DNA of 64,000 nucleotides from Klebsormidium nitens (Eukaryota; Plantae; Klebsormidiophyceae), in contig DF237209.1 in NCBI GenBank assembly GCA_000708835.1, positions 1 to 64,000 on the forward strand, in the 5' to 3' direction. Both the position numbers and the translations under genes were made by a program. Below, piece by piece: positions 42,941 through 55,434 of this stretch. The notes below the pieces were generated by a model. That model had not been told where the DNA came from, did no database searches, and saw nothing but the letters and a program-made list of their open reading frames with translations. Position 1 is the first letter of the stretch. Each line of letters opens with the position of its first letter.

Positions 42941-45900
42941 ATGTTGCGGTCTTTGTTGTCCAAGGGCTCGGCATTTGGTCTGCTGAAGCAGGCCATCGCC
43001 CAGGCAAGCTCCCCCGTGGAAGCGGTCGCACCAGCATTAGCACTGCAGGTATGTTGCATTAAATGGCTTTTTTTTAGTGTTACATTGTTATTAGTGTGTA
43101 GCTCGGCTGTTGCTCGATGCAGATGCCTAAATGCCCTCGCAGATCACCAGAAATTAGCTGGATTGTGTGGTTGCAGTGCAGGAGCATGCAGATATTTTCT
43201 TCTTGGGATCTGTTTTCAAACTTCCAGGTTCAAACCGTCTATTAGGCCAATTGGTATCCTGTTGCTTGCTTCTAAAATAAATATGTAGCGAGAAAATATT
43301 GCTGCTCTTTTCCTTAGTAGTTGAGCCCTGTTCCAAATGTGCTCTTTTGTATTGCTGAATCGTGGCAGCAAGCTTCCGTACACTGACAAAGACTAAGACT
43401 GCCTTTAATGGATGATGCAATCAATGAGATGTGATTGCATCTTAGGAAGTCCTAATGTAGAACTCTAACGAGCTCGACTGCGTGGTTGTGAATCTTGCAG
43501 AGCATCCGCCCTCTCTCAGCAGCTGCACAAGCCTCAAAGGCTGAAGACATCATTGTGAGCATCCCCATCCCACCTCCCGCTCCTTACATGTCTCAGGACC
43601 GCTCAGGTCTATCAAACAGATGCCAAACTTCTAGGGCGCGACTGTTCACGAGGTTTCAAGCTTACCGCTAAAGCTAATCGGTCTTCAATCTGACGTATAG
43701 GCAAGGGTGCTGCGCAGGTAGTGGTTGGTTGTTCAATTGTCCCGTTCTACCGATCGGACTGACTAATAAAAGGGTCGGATTTTTCAAACACCCTTTCAAA
43801 TGTTCCCTTGCTCTAGAACATATTTGACCAGAGACTGAAATCAAAATGAGGTAGATGGTGCTACTTGGATAGTTCCAAAAGATCAGGGCTTGTTCTGGTT
43901 GACGTCGCAGCCTGTTCTGCATTCAGCACTTCAGTTGCTAGTCTTTGGTATCTGCGAACGCTAAATCAGTCCAAAGAGGTTGGTTTGTGAGCGCCTCTGT
44001 GCAGCTGCGAACAAGTTGCACGCCTAAATGGAAAGGAAAGTGGCCGTTGAAAGCCAGCTCCCCACTTGTGCAACTAGCAAGAACAATCCTTTATCAACCT
44101 CCAGCCCCGCATGCCGTATAGACTCCTGTTCGGTTCCCCCTCCAGTTGACACACATCAGCAGTATGCAGCAACCCCTGATTGGTTCTCTCTCGTTGCAGC
44201 CCCCAAAGAACCTCTTCAGCGTGCACGGCAAGTATGCGTCAGCGCTGTTTGTCGCAGCCGCCAAGGCGAAGAAACTAGACGTGGTTGGGAAGGAGCTCGA
44301 GCAGCTGGAAGAGGTGATCAAGGGCAACGCCGAGTTCCGCGCCTTTCTTAAGGACCCCATCATTTCGCCCGCTGTCAAGCAGAAGGGCCTCGAGGAGTTC
44401 TTCAAGGCGGCCGGCGCCTCTGACATCACCGTCAACTTCTTTGGTGAGACTACAATGGTTGCCTTTTCCTATGTCAGACCTTCTTATGCAACTTGAGTCC
44501 AACGTCTAGGTCCTGGTTGGGACAACTCATGTGCCATTTTTTACCAGGTTATGATGTCGATTCAAAGTTCAACCAGTGGTGCTGATACGCAGTGCTTACA
44601 GTTGGTTTCTCGGTGTTTCGACAACCATCCTCTTGTTCTTCAGAAGATTTTGTCGTCATAGATCGTTATCATTGCTTCGTGTCCAGGGAGAAGACACACG
44701 TCTCTGTAAACAAAAGTCGGAACTGCAAATCGACGACACGGCAAGGACAACGACTCATTGAAGTTGCAGCATTCATTGTCGGGTCCGGCGGAGAGACTTG
44801 TCTTCTGACCTATATTGCAACCTGAGATTCGCAGATTCAAGTTACCACGTCCATGTGCCTTCCTAACAATCAGCAAGGTGCGTGGGCCCTTGCTTTCGCA
44901 TGTTGATCGCCGCATTCTCTCAATATACTTCACGTAAATGTTCGCTTTCACGCTGTGGCCCTTACATGGTTTGCTTTCTTGCAGCGGTCCTGAACGAGAA
45001 CGGTCGGCTCGGGAGGGCCGAGAAGGTGATTGAGGCGTTTGAGGATCTCTACCACGAGTACAAGGGCGAGGTCAAGGCTGTCGTCACCGTTCCTTATGTG
45101 AGTTTTATCGGGATTGAAGAGGGTTGAAAGTTCGGTCCGTAGATCAGAACGCGTCGATGCTGGATTCTGCTTCACCACCATGGGCATCTTGTTTGCGCAT
45201 GCGCCCCTGCTCGATCAGTGCCAGCCCCAGAATCCGTTTGGGATGCACAACCGGAGAAGGTGACGGACATCCCACGAGCAAGTCTTTCACTTAGTCGAGG
45301 TTACATGTCTTGTTTGTATGGATAGTGACTTTGACTGGCAATCACGTTTGTAAGGCCGCTGTTCTTTTAAAGCCCTACACCTCGCTGCCGAGAAGTCCCA
45401 TTTTGACCGTCCGCTTCCGTGGGAGCTTCTTAATACTGGGGCTTGGTGCACTTTTTGCATAGAGCCACCCTTGTCCCAGAGTGGCTTCCCGCCAATCTTG
45501 AGTGGACGTTGAAACCCTCGAGATCCCTTTTTGCAGCCGCTCACCGACGATCAGCGAACAGAGCTCAAGCAGTCGCTCCAGGGCTTCCTTGAACCAGGCC
45601 AGACACTGACGATCAAAGAAAAGGTAACTCCAATCGCTTCCTCTTTTGCCTGAACCGTGTCCTTTGTTCTCTTCTTGGACCCGCTTGTCGACAGTATGCT
45701 CTAAAGACGATATGCAGTCTCGCATCTTGGTCTTTGACCACAGCCGGGGTCGTCCCATGTGCATGGTGGTACCTCGTGTCGGTTGCCAGAGTGATGCTCA
45801 GGAGTAATTCTCACCTAGGGTTGAAAGTAGTACGATACTGATCGATTCAACGGGCTTTTGTCTGACGAACGGTTTTACCGGAGCCTAAGCTCTTCCGCCT

Positions 45901-46030
45901 TATCCTGCAGATCAAGCGCAGCATCATGGGCGGTCTTACTGTTGACATTGGCGAGAAGTACATTGACTTGTCAATTGCTACGAGGATCAAGAAGATTGAA
46001 GCAATGCTGAAGGATGCAACATTAGAGTGA
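42941..46030 (+). CDS. ATP5O: Mitochondrial ATP synthase OSCP (delta/O) subunit, 6 exons
   Basis: join(42941..43048,43501..43554,44200..44443,44985..45097,45537..45623,45911..46030): GKYASALFVAA, FRAFLKDP, NFFAVLNENGRL, IMGGLTVDIGEKYIDLSI. Confidence 0.92.
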
Positions 46031-47349
46031 AGGCAACCAAGCAAAGGGTGGATCGAAGTTGAAACTTAAAACCGACCGCTCACAGTCGCTGGTTTCAATA
46101 AACAGAAGGTAAAGAAGTGTGTACTACTGCGATTGGGAGTGCAGAAGATCATGCGAAGGCATCAAGGGAGCGTGGTGATCATGCGATGTATGCATGTGGC
46201 CGGCTGTACTCCCACTAACTGATATAGCGAATTGCATTGCACTACAGAAGTCGCTGTATGTAAACAATTGCATGATATTTTGCATGCAATGATGCAAGAC
46301 AGGGCTGGCACGTTACAAACCGTATATCTGCAGATGCCTAGAAAGTTTGACGTACGTTGGCGGCCGTTGCTAGTCCGCAAACGAATTATGTTGATCGACT
46401 TGCATCCTGTGATCTACAACGTCCGATCCGGTCATCGTATATATTGACAAATGGCGGCCATGCTGGCACGCGACGGAGCCCAATAGTAATGTGCGCAACT
46501 GGACACTGGCTGGCCAGGCCGGGGCCGTGCATGTGGCTGCCACATGCTTAAGTACCGTCGTCGGAGCAGCTAGTCTACATATAGGGCTGCTAGCAGTACC
46601 AAATTACATATGTCACTGATATACACTACTATAGCACATTTCTTCTTCATTTGCTAGGCGGCGCGCGCCAGCTTCCACACCACACTGACAGTGGCCTGGC
46701 ACGTGCATTAGTGCATGCCGCCTCCCCGCCGGTCGAGGCCGCCCAAAGTACCATCAAATATATATGGAAGTACATACATGGCCTAGGTCCACTGAGCCGG
46801 AGCCGGCCGTCCTCTTTGGAGCTTGCCAGACGTACATGTCATTTCGAGTATTCCTTGCAGCCGCTCAGGCCACATTCGACGACTGCGGTACTAAGCATAT
46901 ACGGTACTCAGCATATTCTCAGCTTATCATTCAATACAGTGCCGTTGCATTAAATACGCAAATTACTCTTATGAAGTGCACGCGATCTGCCGTGTGCCAA
47001 GAGGTGCCAGGCGCCGCGGCTGTCTAGATAAAGGAGCTGGAGGTCGGTGTAGAATCGACCAAACAGGTGCAGTACGCTACGTTCAGGACGGTGGCATGTT
47101 GGACAAGCACCATGCCAGGCAGACTTTCAAATGGCGCAGCCACTCAACAACCCATATGAGGTTAGCTTTCAGCCCGGGGCAGTTGAACGAAATACAATAA
47201 CTGTCGCTGGCTGATTCATCATAGGGACAGGGCAGCTCCCTGCCATGCTATTGGCATAGTATCCGTATGCTGCCAGAAGGCGCTTGATCGCCTGGCAGCA
47301 TTCGAGACTGTCGGACTTCCCCAGTATTTTGGGTTCAAATATGTACACT

Positions 47350-49951
47350 CTATTCTTGCATAGCTTCTGCCTGGCCCCCCGTTTGTACCCGGACCTTGAG
47401 CTTCTCCGGAGCCTTCGGCAAGGTAAGCGACGAGTCGAGCTGGAGAGCGACCGGCGCTTTGACGAGGTGGATGTTCTGCTCGAGCTCCTTGGCCGCCTCC
47501 TTCCTTTCTCTGGCCTTCTTCCCGCTCATCCTGCAACATCAGAGCGCGACAAATTAACGCAAGCTTCGAATCGATACCGCTAAATTGCTAGTCATCACCA
47601 GAAATGCTACCAAGCACATTGGGACGCCCCCGGATTTCATAAGACGACCACCGCTGATCCGTTCCCTAGAAAAGTCAAGAAGATCGTAGAGTGGAGCGGA
47701 TGTTATCTTTTCTCGACTGAAATACATACAAGCGACTTCCTAATGGTGTCAACAGGATAAAGAAGTTGCGCCTTCTTTGCATCCCAAGAAGTAGAGGCAA
47801 ATACCTCCCTACAGAGTCCCTTTATCCGAACAGGGCATAGAACACAACATATTGCTTTTGAGTAAAAGGCGGAAGGACGCACCTCTTCTCCCAGAATCGC
47901 GACTCCCGCTTCTCCCTCACTTCTGCAATCTTCTTCATTGCCTTCACTGTCTGCTCCACCACATTCCGATCATACCGCTCCGGCCGATTTCTCTTCCGTT
48001 CTAGTTCGAAGGTCGCGTCCTGAGAAGAAACCAGTATCAGCAACATGGTGCCAACTCGTGGAAGGAAGTAGCCCCGCCACGGATAGGGCGGTCACGTATG
48101 AACATTTTCGGGACGCACCGTCCCTCAGGGGACGAATTTCCGTCCCTTAGGGACCGAAAACCGGTGATTTCGTTCCCCAAAATTTTTGACCCGATATTCT
48201 GGGCGACGGTGCGCTCCTTAGGGACGCCAGTAAAACTACTGGGGGACGGTCGGCGATCACTCAGTAAACAGTCTGCCTGACCACATAATCGAGGAACCTT
48301 TTAGCATTTGCGCGATCTGTCCTTGGCAATATGACCAAAGCAGGTTCTTGGGGAGCATACACTCCCTCAGGGAACACTCGCCACTTTCCTGAGAACTCAA
48401 ATGTGACCGCCCTATGAGGGCACCACAGATGCCACACTCAGACTCCAGTCACGAAGTTAGGCGTTTAAGAAAACATTGGCGCTTTGACCCACTTTGAGAC
48501 GCCAGAGGGTTTGTCCACATGACAGCATTCGCGGATGGTAGTGCAGTGAAGATGCTCAACACCCAGGTTACCCAATCTGGCCCCTAACCTACGACCAACT
48601 TGCAAGCATGCCCCCTCCCCCAAAAGGAATGTCCAGCTACTGTAAAGCGTCCCCGAAAAAACTGTATATTGGCTCGACGTCTGACAGGATTGTCTGGTGA
48701 TCAACGGTTTAGACACTACCTGATAGATTGCATAATCTGGACTTGCATTCCCTAAAACCTTGTCTGATACCCCCACGATCAGTCACAGCAGATTGCTTGA
48801 TGCCTCTGGTCTTATTAATGCCCTAGAAACCTAAGTTTTGCGAACCACAATTCAATGTGGTACTAGGTTGATGACCAGTTCCAACTCAAAATCTTGATGA
48901 TAACCATCTTAGAACTGACAAAGTAGATAGAAGCAGCTATCATATTAAAAATTCCAGTCCCAAAGAGGGCAAAAGCAACCCCCTTGAGCCGATGGGGGTG
49001 GTGGTACAGCAGAGGGTATCATTGAAAGAAAGCAGAACCGGTCTTGAGCTCGCCCTTTATCAAGTTACTCACAACATCAACAATCTGAGAACAAGCATAT
49101 AAAACAATTGAATTAATTCGCAGTGGAGTAGTCATGAAAGCTTACCACCGCAAGCTCCTTCCCATGGAGTTTCCTATAGGCCTTCGTCCACTTGACCTTT
49201 CTAGGGTTCCGCTTCATCCTGAAGTTCTTGTGGCATTTTGACCGGCAAAACCGGAAGATCTGCACCAACCAAGTCACCAGAGGTCAGACACGCGAATCAT
49301 ATGGAACAGCAACATCTGATTGTCCACAGCCAAACCAGGCCACAGGTAGCTCTAGCAGATCGCCGAACGTTCATCAGGATCCAAGAAAGTCCTTGCCAGC
49401 TTCTTGTGAATCCTTCGGATGTGATAGTGGTACCTTCCATGCTGTCCTCAACACAAGCAGCAACCATGCTTCACGTTTCCATATTACAGAAAATGCCACT
49501 TCGATGAAAACTTGACTACCAGCATGGGTGGCACAAACCCTAAAATTGAACTTGATCTGAAAGACTTCTCATGCTCCTCCGCTCTGCTTAAAGGAGACCG
49601 TTATGCAGATATTGTGGGTTAGAGTCGTGAGATGCATCAGCTGACCCGGTAATGATCCACCTGACGCCTACCATTACCACACATCAGCAACCCAAACCCA
49701 TGCAGACTGGTTTGTTTGTCTCAGGCGCTCAGAATTTGATGTGCTTATGAGCAAAGAAGCCGGCAGCTAACCTCCTGCAAAATGCCTGCTAAAACTCGAG
49801 CCAATGCCACCCACTCTCCAATTGCCCAGTTGGCTGCATTGAATGATGGTATATTGAAAGCACAACTCACCTTTGCATCGTTCCGGACAAATTGTATCCC
49901 ATGCCCCGGGTATATCGTCGACGAACAGAACCAGCACTTTTCTAACCGCAT
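47350..49951 (-). CDS. RLP24: Ribosome biogenesis protein RLP24 (L24e family), 4 exons, 170 aa
   Basis: complement(join(47350..47530,47883..48019,49146..49259,49871..49951)): [71 protein letters not shown]. Confidence 0.95.
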
Positions 49952-51294
49952 GGCGCCTGATTATTGAAAAACACAGAGCTCCAAAAGGTGTCTACGAGAG
50001 AGCGGATGCAAAGCTGGGCTTTGTAGTCAGAGAATGACACGAATCAGCAATGGGAGCAACTCTTCGACTTGGCACCCGAAGCAAGGAGGAAGGTGGAGGC
50101 AGGGGAGGAAAGGCGCCTGAAATGGAATGCAACTCGCGTAAGTGAGAAGCTCGAGCCTCAGACTCAGAGTCAGGGGAGACTGAGACAGATCGCTAGGTGA
50201 AACGGGTACGCACCGCCAGACCCTGGTACATACTTCATAAGCCACGTGTAAAGCCACATGTTAATATTTCAGCTTCCGATTGGTTCAAAGCACCGGCACA
50301 ATCTGTGGCAAGGGGCAAATACTTATTAGCCCTCTGACAAGTAGTATGTCACTTCATTTTTGACAATTGTAATATTCGGTGACAGCATCATGCGGTCTAC
50401 ATCCCTACCAAGATCGGATTGTTGCCCGCTGATTAGTGCGAATCCTAGTTCCAACAGATTGCCCGGAGGCGACAAGTAGCTAGCGGAGTCACGGTTGCTT
50501 TGACTAGCACGCCACTGGCAAGTTTAGTTGTAATCCGGTAAGCTGTTGTTAGACTAGGTTCGGTGACTAATTCAGTGTACGCACTTTGATTTGGTTAGGT
50601 AGCTAGACGTTCAAGACCCAAACAATTCCCATGTATGCCATGGAAGCCTATGGCCCATGTGGCTACGGCGTTTGAAAAGATCGAACATCATTTGCAGGTC
50701 TACCTATAAGAAGGGTTGGCCCTTATCATGACTCATGTACCGGAGCACTCGCACAGGAAGAAATCCCCGGCCTTATGGTTCTAGCAAGCTTTGAAGCGTC
50801 GACGCTGACAGGATCCAATTTGATGACAGTAATCATAATCAACTATCTGTCCCTGGCCCGCCTGGACCGTCATCGATATACGCATGGACAATTTCATAAG
50901 CCGCGTGCCGAGTCCAGATGTGTGGACCGTTTGGGCTCTTGCACAGTATGATGTATCTTTGACATGCATGGAATGTGCACGCAATGCAGACCTCAATAGG
51001 TACCAGTAGAATGAATCATGATCTGGTCGAGGGTACCCACAAAGCCTTTAGGTGAGAAGAGCGGCCTGGAACGCCCCTGATTCCTTGGACGTTGCAGATG
51101 ATTGCATGATAAAGGACGAATGACTTTCTGCGAAGCAGCATACTACAACGACTGACGACTTTTGATACAGTCGTAACGAAGTGCATGATCAGTGGACTAG
51201 AGGAGCCTTTGTACACGTTTACCGGGGCCAACGGCCTAACAACCGAGCTTCTACTGTAGCAAGCTCGTCCTGCACTACCTCCGTCCTCGTATAC

Positions 51295-54200
51295 CTACAG
51301 ATGCACCTGCTTGCACTGTCCTACCGTCGCCTCTTGGGGGCAGTAGGGGCACTTAAACGCCCGCGAGTTCCCCTTTGCTAACTTCTGTATTGATATCTTG
51401 CACAGCACGTGCCCGCACGGCAGCAGCATGGGCGGGTTCTCCGCCGTGCTCTGCTCCCTCGAAACCGGGCACGCAAATATCGAGTGAAACTGTAACTCCC
51501 GCCCCATCTCTATCTCGACCGGCAAGTGCTTCCCCACGTTCAAGTCCAGCTTATTCTCGGCAAGTAGCGTCGCCCATTTCAGCAGCGTCGGCAGCGCCTG
51601 CGCCCCGGCCGAGATCGTCACCTTCAGTGGGCTCTCCAAACTCTGCCCTAACTCGCAACAGCACTCCCGTCGGAACTCCGCGGCGATCGCATCCCAATGC
51701 GACTCCGCTAATAAGTCCGCGTACGGCGACGCGGGGAGCTTCCCGACCCAGAGCATGCACCCCATAAGCCGCTGGATGTCCGCCATGTGCGTGCTCGCAA
51801 AGGGGCCGAAGTGCGCGCGCGCGTAGAGGAGCGCGGGCGCGCGTCCCTGCGCGTGGAGAAGGTGCACGAAGTGCAGCTGGTGTAGCCGGAACTCGAAGTC
51901 GGAGCGGTGGCGAGCGCGCAGCGCGGGACCGTGCGCGCGCGCCCACTCGAGCGCAGGCTCGAGGTTGTGTTGCCTGGAAAGACATCGGATTGAAGGAGTT
52001 GAGCAGACTGGCCGGTGCTTAGAAAACGCGATGCTGAGTTGACGGAAGGAACCTGCGTACTTTGACACGATGCAGGCGGAAACTCTAGACCAAGCTTGGC
52101 GGCTAAAACAGTGCTTGTCCTTTATCGGTAGGCTCGCTTCCATTCCAAATTCAACTTCCGAACTATAAATCCGGTATTGACTCGTCTGGCTAACCGAACC
52201 TCAGAAGAGGACCGGGTTTCTTTAACACGACTAGGTATTCGCTGTCAGATATTAGTGTACCATGTACAGCCGACAGGATGTACAGTCGACTCAGATGAAT
52301 GAATGTAAACAAAACGATTTTGTGCACTTGATGCAGAAACTTTCAACACTCAGAGCAGTAAAGGATAAAAACCGGCACTCTCAGCAACTCGCAGCAACTA
52401 TAGTCTACGAAGGCGCCATACACTTACGTTCGGACAGGGTTCAATCTGCATACGATTGTGGTTTAGGGGAGTAGGAAACAAAATCGTCTCGAGTGATTGC
52501 ACAGTTTACTACATGAAAACGTTCAGCTGTATAGAACGTTCCGCTCTACAAAAGAATGGAAGCTGTATTTGTAGCAGCTATATGTCGGGAAAGGATCACC
52601 AGCAGACTGGCCGGGTAGCCGAAGAAAGCAATAGTGGTTCTAGGCTGCCGTAATAACTAGGATTGGTCGAGTCTCAGAAGTGAATGTTCGAGTCGTTTGG
52701 TCAGATTGAAAGAGGTCGCAAGACAAGGTTCCACAATCGACTTTCGTTCTTACTGCAATATTTCCTTCCAGTTGACGGAGAATCCCCGATCAGGACTGAA
52801 TTATGCGCACCTTATTTGCTCCAGGATCTGGTACATCTCCAAGAACGGCTGCCGCATGTTGTCGGGGATTGTGATGTCCGCCTCCTGAAGGAAACTTTCG
52901 CCCAGCTCGAAGTGCCCCTCCCGAAACAAGTGCTGCGCAATGACCTGTGATTGACAGAAAACCCTTTTCAGAATGTATAGACGGTGTTGCCTGCCACTGC
53001 CACTGCTACATATGGCTCGGAGGCATTGTATTGGCAGCCCAATACGAAGGACTGCGAACGAGAATCAGACGCGTTGGGCGACAAAGAATGCAGATCTGGA
53101 GAGGCCCCACAGGCTCTGCGTCATCGAAGGCTGCCGAATGAAAAAGCCGAACTCACGTCTTCTTCCATTGGCTAACGCTTATGGGGCACCAAAGGGTGAA
53201 CTACAAAATATCCATCTCAGAAGGAGCCTTTGCTATCAGAGCGGGGTCAAGGAGAATCAGTAACTTTGGGACCGGGGCCGGGGATGCTGTTGGAAGGGCT
53301 GACGTGGCAGGATTTAGGGGCGAAAGCCTGGGCTAGGCCTTCTTTCGACCAATCGTTGATCTTGAAGCCCCGGGAAAAAACTCCAAACCTCGCCACGTCA
53401 GCCCTTCCAACAGGGTCCCCAGCCCCGGACCCCAAATTACTGATCTCCTTGACCCCGCTCGATCAGCAATCTCCAATCTTTCTTAAGAACCATGCAACCA
53501 CAGCTAATGGATAGCGAACCCTCAGAACGGTTGTGATTGCAGATACTGATACTCATAAGAGATAGCGCACCTCATTGAGCAGGTCTTGGCGGAGGTCCTC
53601 CTCCTGGCAGGACTTGAAGATGTTCCTGCACGCCCTCGACACGTCCGTCGTGAAGCTCTTGTCCAGCAGCTTCCCATACTTGCTCAGAGCACCCGCAAGC
53701 TCCTTCTGCAGAACGAGACACAAACTGTTCGATCAACTGATCCTGTGCGGTCTTCATGTTCAGGAGCATTTCACTGTCTCTGGTCGTTGCTGAGTCGCTT
53801 ACTGCTGTACAATGAGAACAACACCTGCACCTCAAGGGGAAGATTGGCCAGTGATGCTGAGTAGGCTTCCATAACTTGCTTCCCATGCCTCAAGCCAGCA
53901 TCCTTCTGCATAAGAAAGACATGTAATGCAACTCTTCTGGAGCCCGGCGAGCAAGCTCCACAGTTCCACCATGGAGCTGGTTGCATCTCTGGACTCTCAA
54001 TCTGCAGTCAGTGTTGCTGTGCTTCCTCAAGTCAGTGCTGAACATACGAATTCACGGTCTCACTTTTGTTGATATGTCAGTTAACCGTCTCCAAGGAATA
54101 ACGATGGATGATTTTCACTACTCGCAGAAATCTAAAATACCACTCCAACTACAGAATTTTAAAAGCGCTGCAGTCCTGCTCAGGGATGACGCTTTCAATG

Positions 54201-54850
54201 CTTGTTTTGTCCACTACCTATGATTTGCCCAACCGTGAATCAAACTCCATTGCTGAGGGGCACACCAACGATACCAGCATTCTAAGCTTGAGCCCTGTGC
54301 TTGCACTACGAAAGCTGGCTACATCATTCGAGGTGCACTGAAAGTGGACGCCGCAGACCTTCCCATATGACATTGATACACCCATTGAAAGTCCAGTGTT
54401 CAAAACGTTTTGAAGAGCACTCCACTCAACTGAAGCATCAGTTTGTGCACTGCCTCCTCTATTTGCTTCTCAATGCACCCGAAGAATGACAATACAGCCC
54501 CCTGCAGTGGGTGCGCTCCTTTCTTGTTGCTTCGGGATAGGAACACAAAACATCCTCATAAGATAGATACATTGCAGGATATATTGGAGAGATGCACCAG
54601 TCCTGGAGAAGCCAAGGAATGGAACTACTCTTACCTGCGCCCCTGCTATTTGACCTTGCGGTCCAAGCTCATTGACCTTTGCTTGGAGGCCCCCGAGAAT
54701 CTCCCCAGTAGCAGGGCTTGACCCAGCTAGCTGCTCCGCTTGCTTAATATTTTCTAACAACTTCTCAATGACTTCGTTTGTCTTTGCGTAGGTTGTCTTC
54801 TGCTTCTTTGCGACCCTCTCAAACGCGTCGTCCATTCCTTGGATGTCCAT
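51295..54850 (-). CDS. RMND5: RMND5/GID2 RING subunit of the CTLH/GID E3 ligase, 4 exons, 387 aa
   Basis: complement(join(51295..51973,52811..52944,53571..53705,54635..54850)): LisH-like VIAQHLFREGHFELG, CTLH/CRA region, degenerate RING FHSIFACPVSREQST..NPPMLLPCGHVLC....FKCPYCP. Confidence 0.92.
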
Positions 54851-55434
54851 CTTTACATGTACCCTTGGAGAGGGAACATGCAGCACCGCTTCCTGAAAGA
54901 GATACAACTCCAGCAGCTAGTGCCTATGCCTCAACACATCCAGCGCCCCTGCAGTCTGGCCGCTGCAGCCTCAAGCTGCACTCCCAATTCTGAAAAGGAG
55001 GCAATTCTGAACAAGCCTTTCTTCAGAATTTCAACGCAGAAGAGGCGAGCTAGGCCGACGACTGAATTGCTCGAGTGTAAACCCGGTCTCCAGCTAAGGA
55101 TTGGGTGCGCCGGAGGGGCGAAAGGAGCCACTTTACATGGGGCCCGAAGAAGGCGCTAGCGTTCTCGTCTCCTTTCACCAGCCCACTTGTGCAGGAGACA
55201 CCACCACTGTTGGAGACACCTTGTACTGTGGTTCTGTGCGCTCATGCAGGACAGCATTGCCTTGTCATTGTCCAATTCAGGGCCACTTGAACAGCGCCTG
55301 CTTTGGGATTGTCCATGTACATGTTCCAGAGTGGCATTGCAGCGTCACTCCTTAAAGCCTGCCAGGAAATGAAGGGTGTCTATTCATCCTGCATTCATTT
55401 CGGCGGCCCAGCTGATGTTGCCGCTATCTTGAGA

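Noticed and set aside
48866-48918. C/D-box snoRNA candidate in an RLP24 intron (TGATGA...CTGA)
   Set aside because: The boxes read on the plus strand while the host gene is minus, it is only ~50 nt, and it lacks a D' box and terminal stem.
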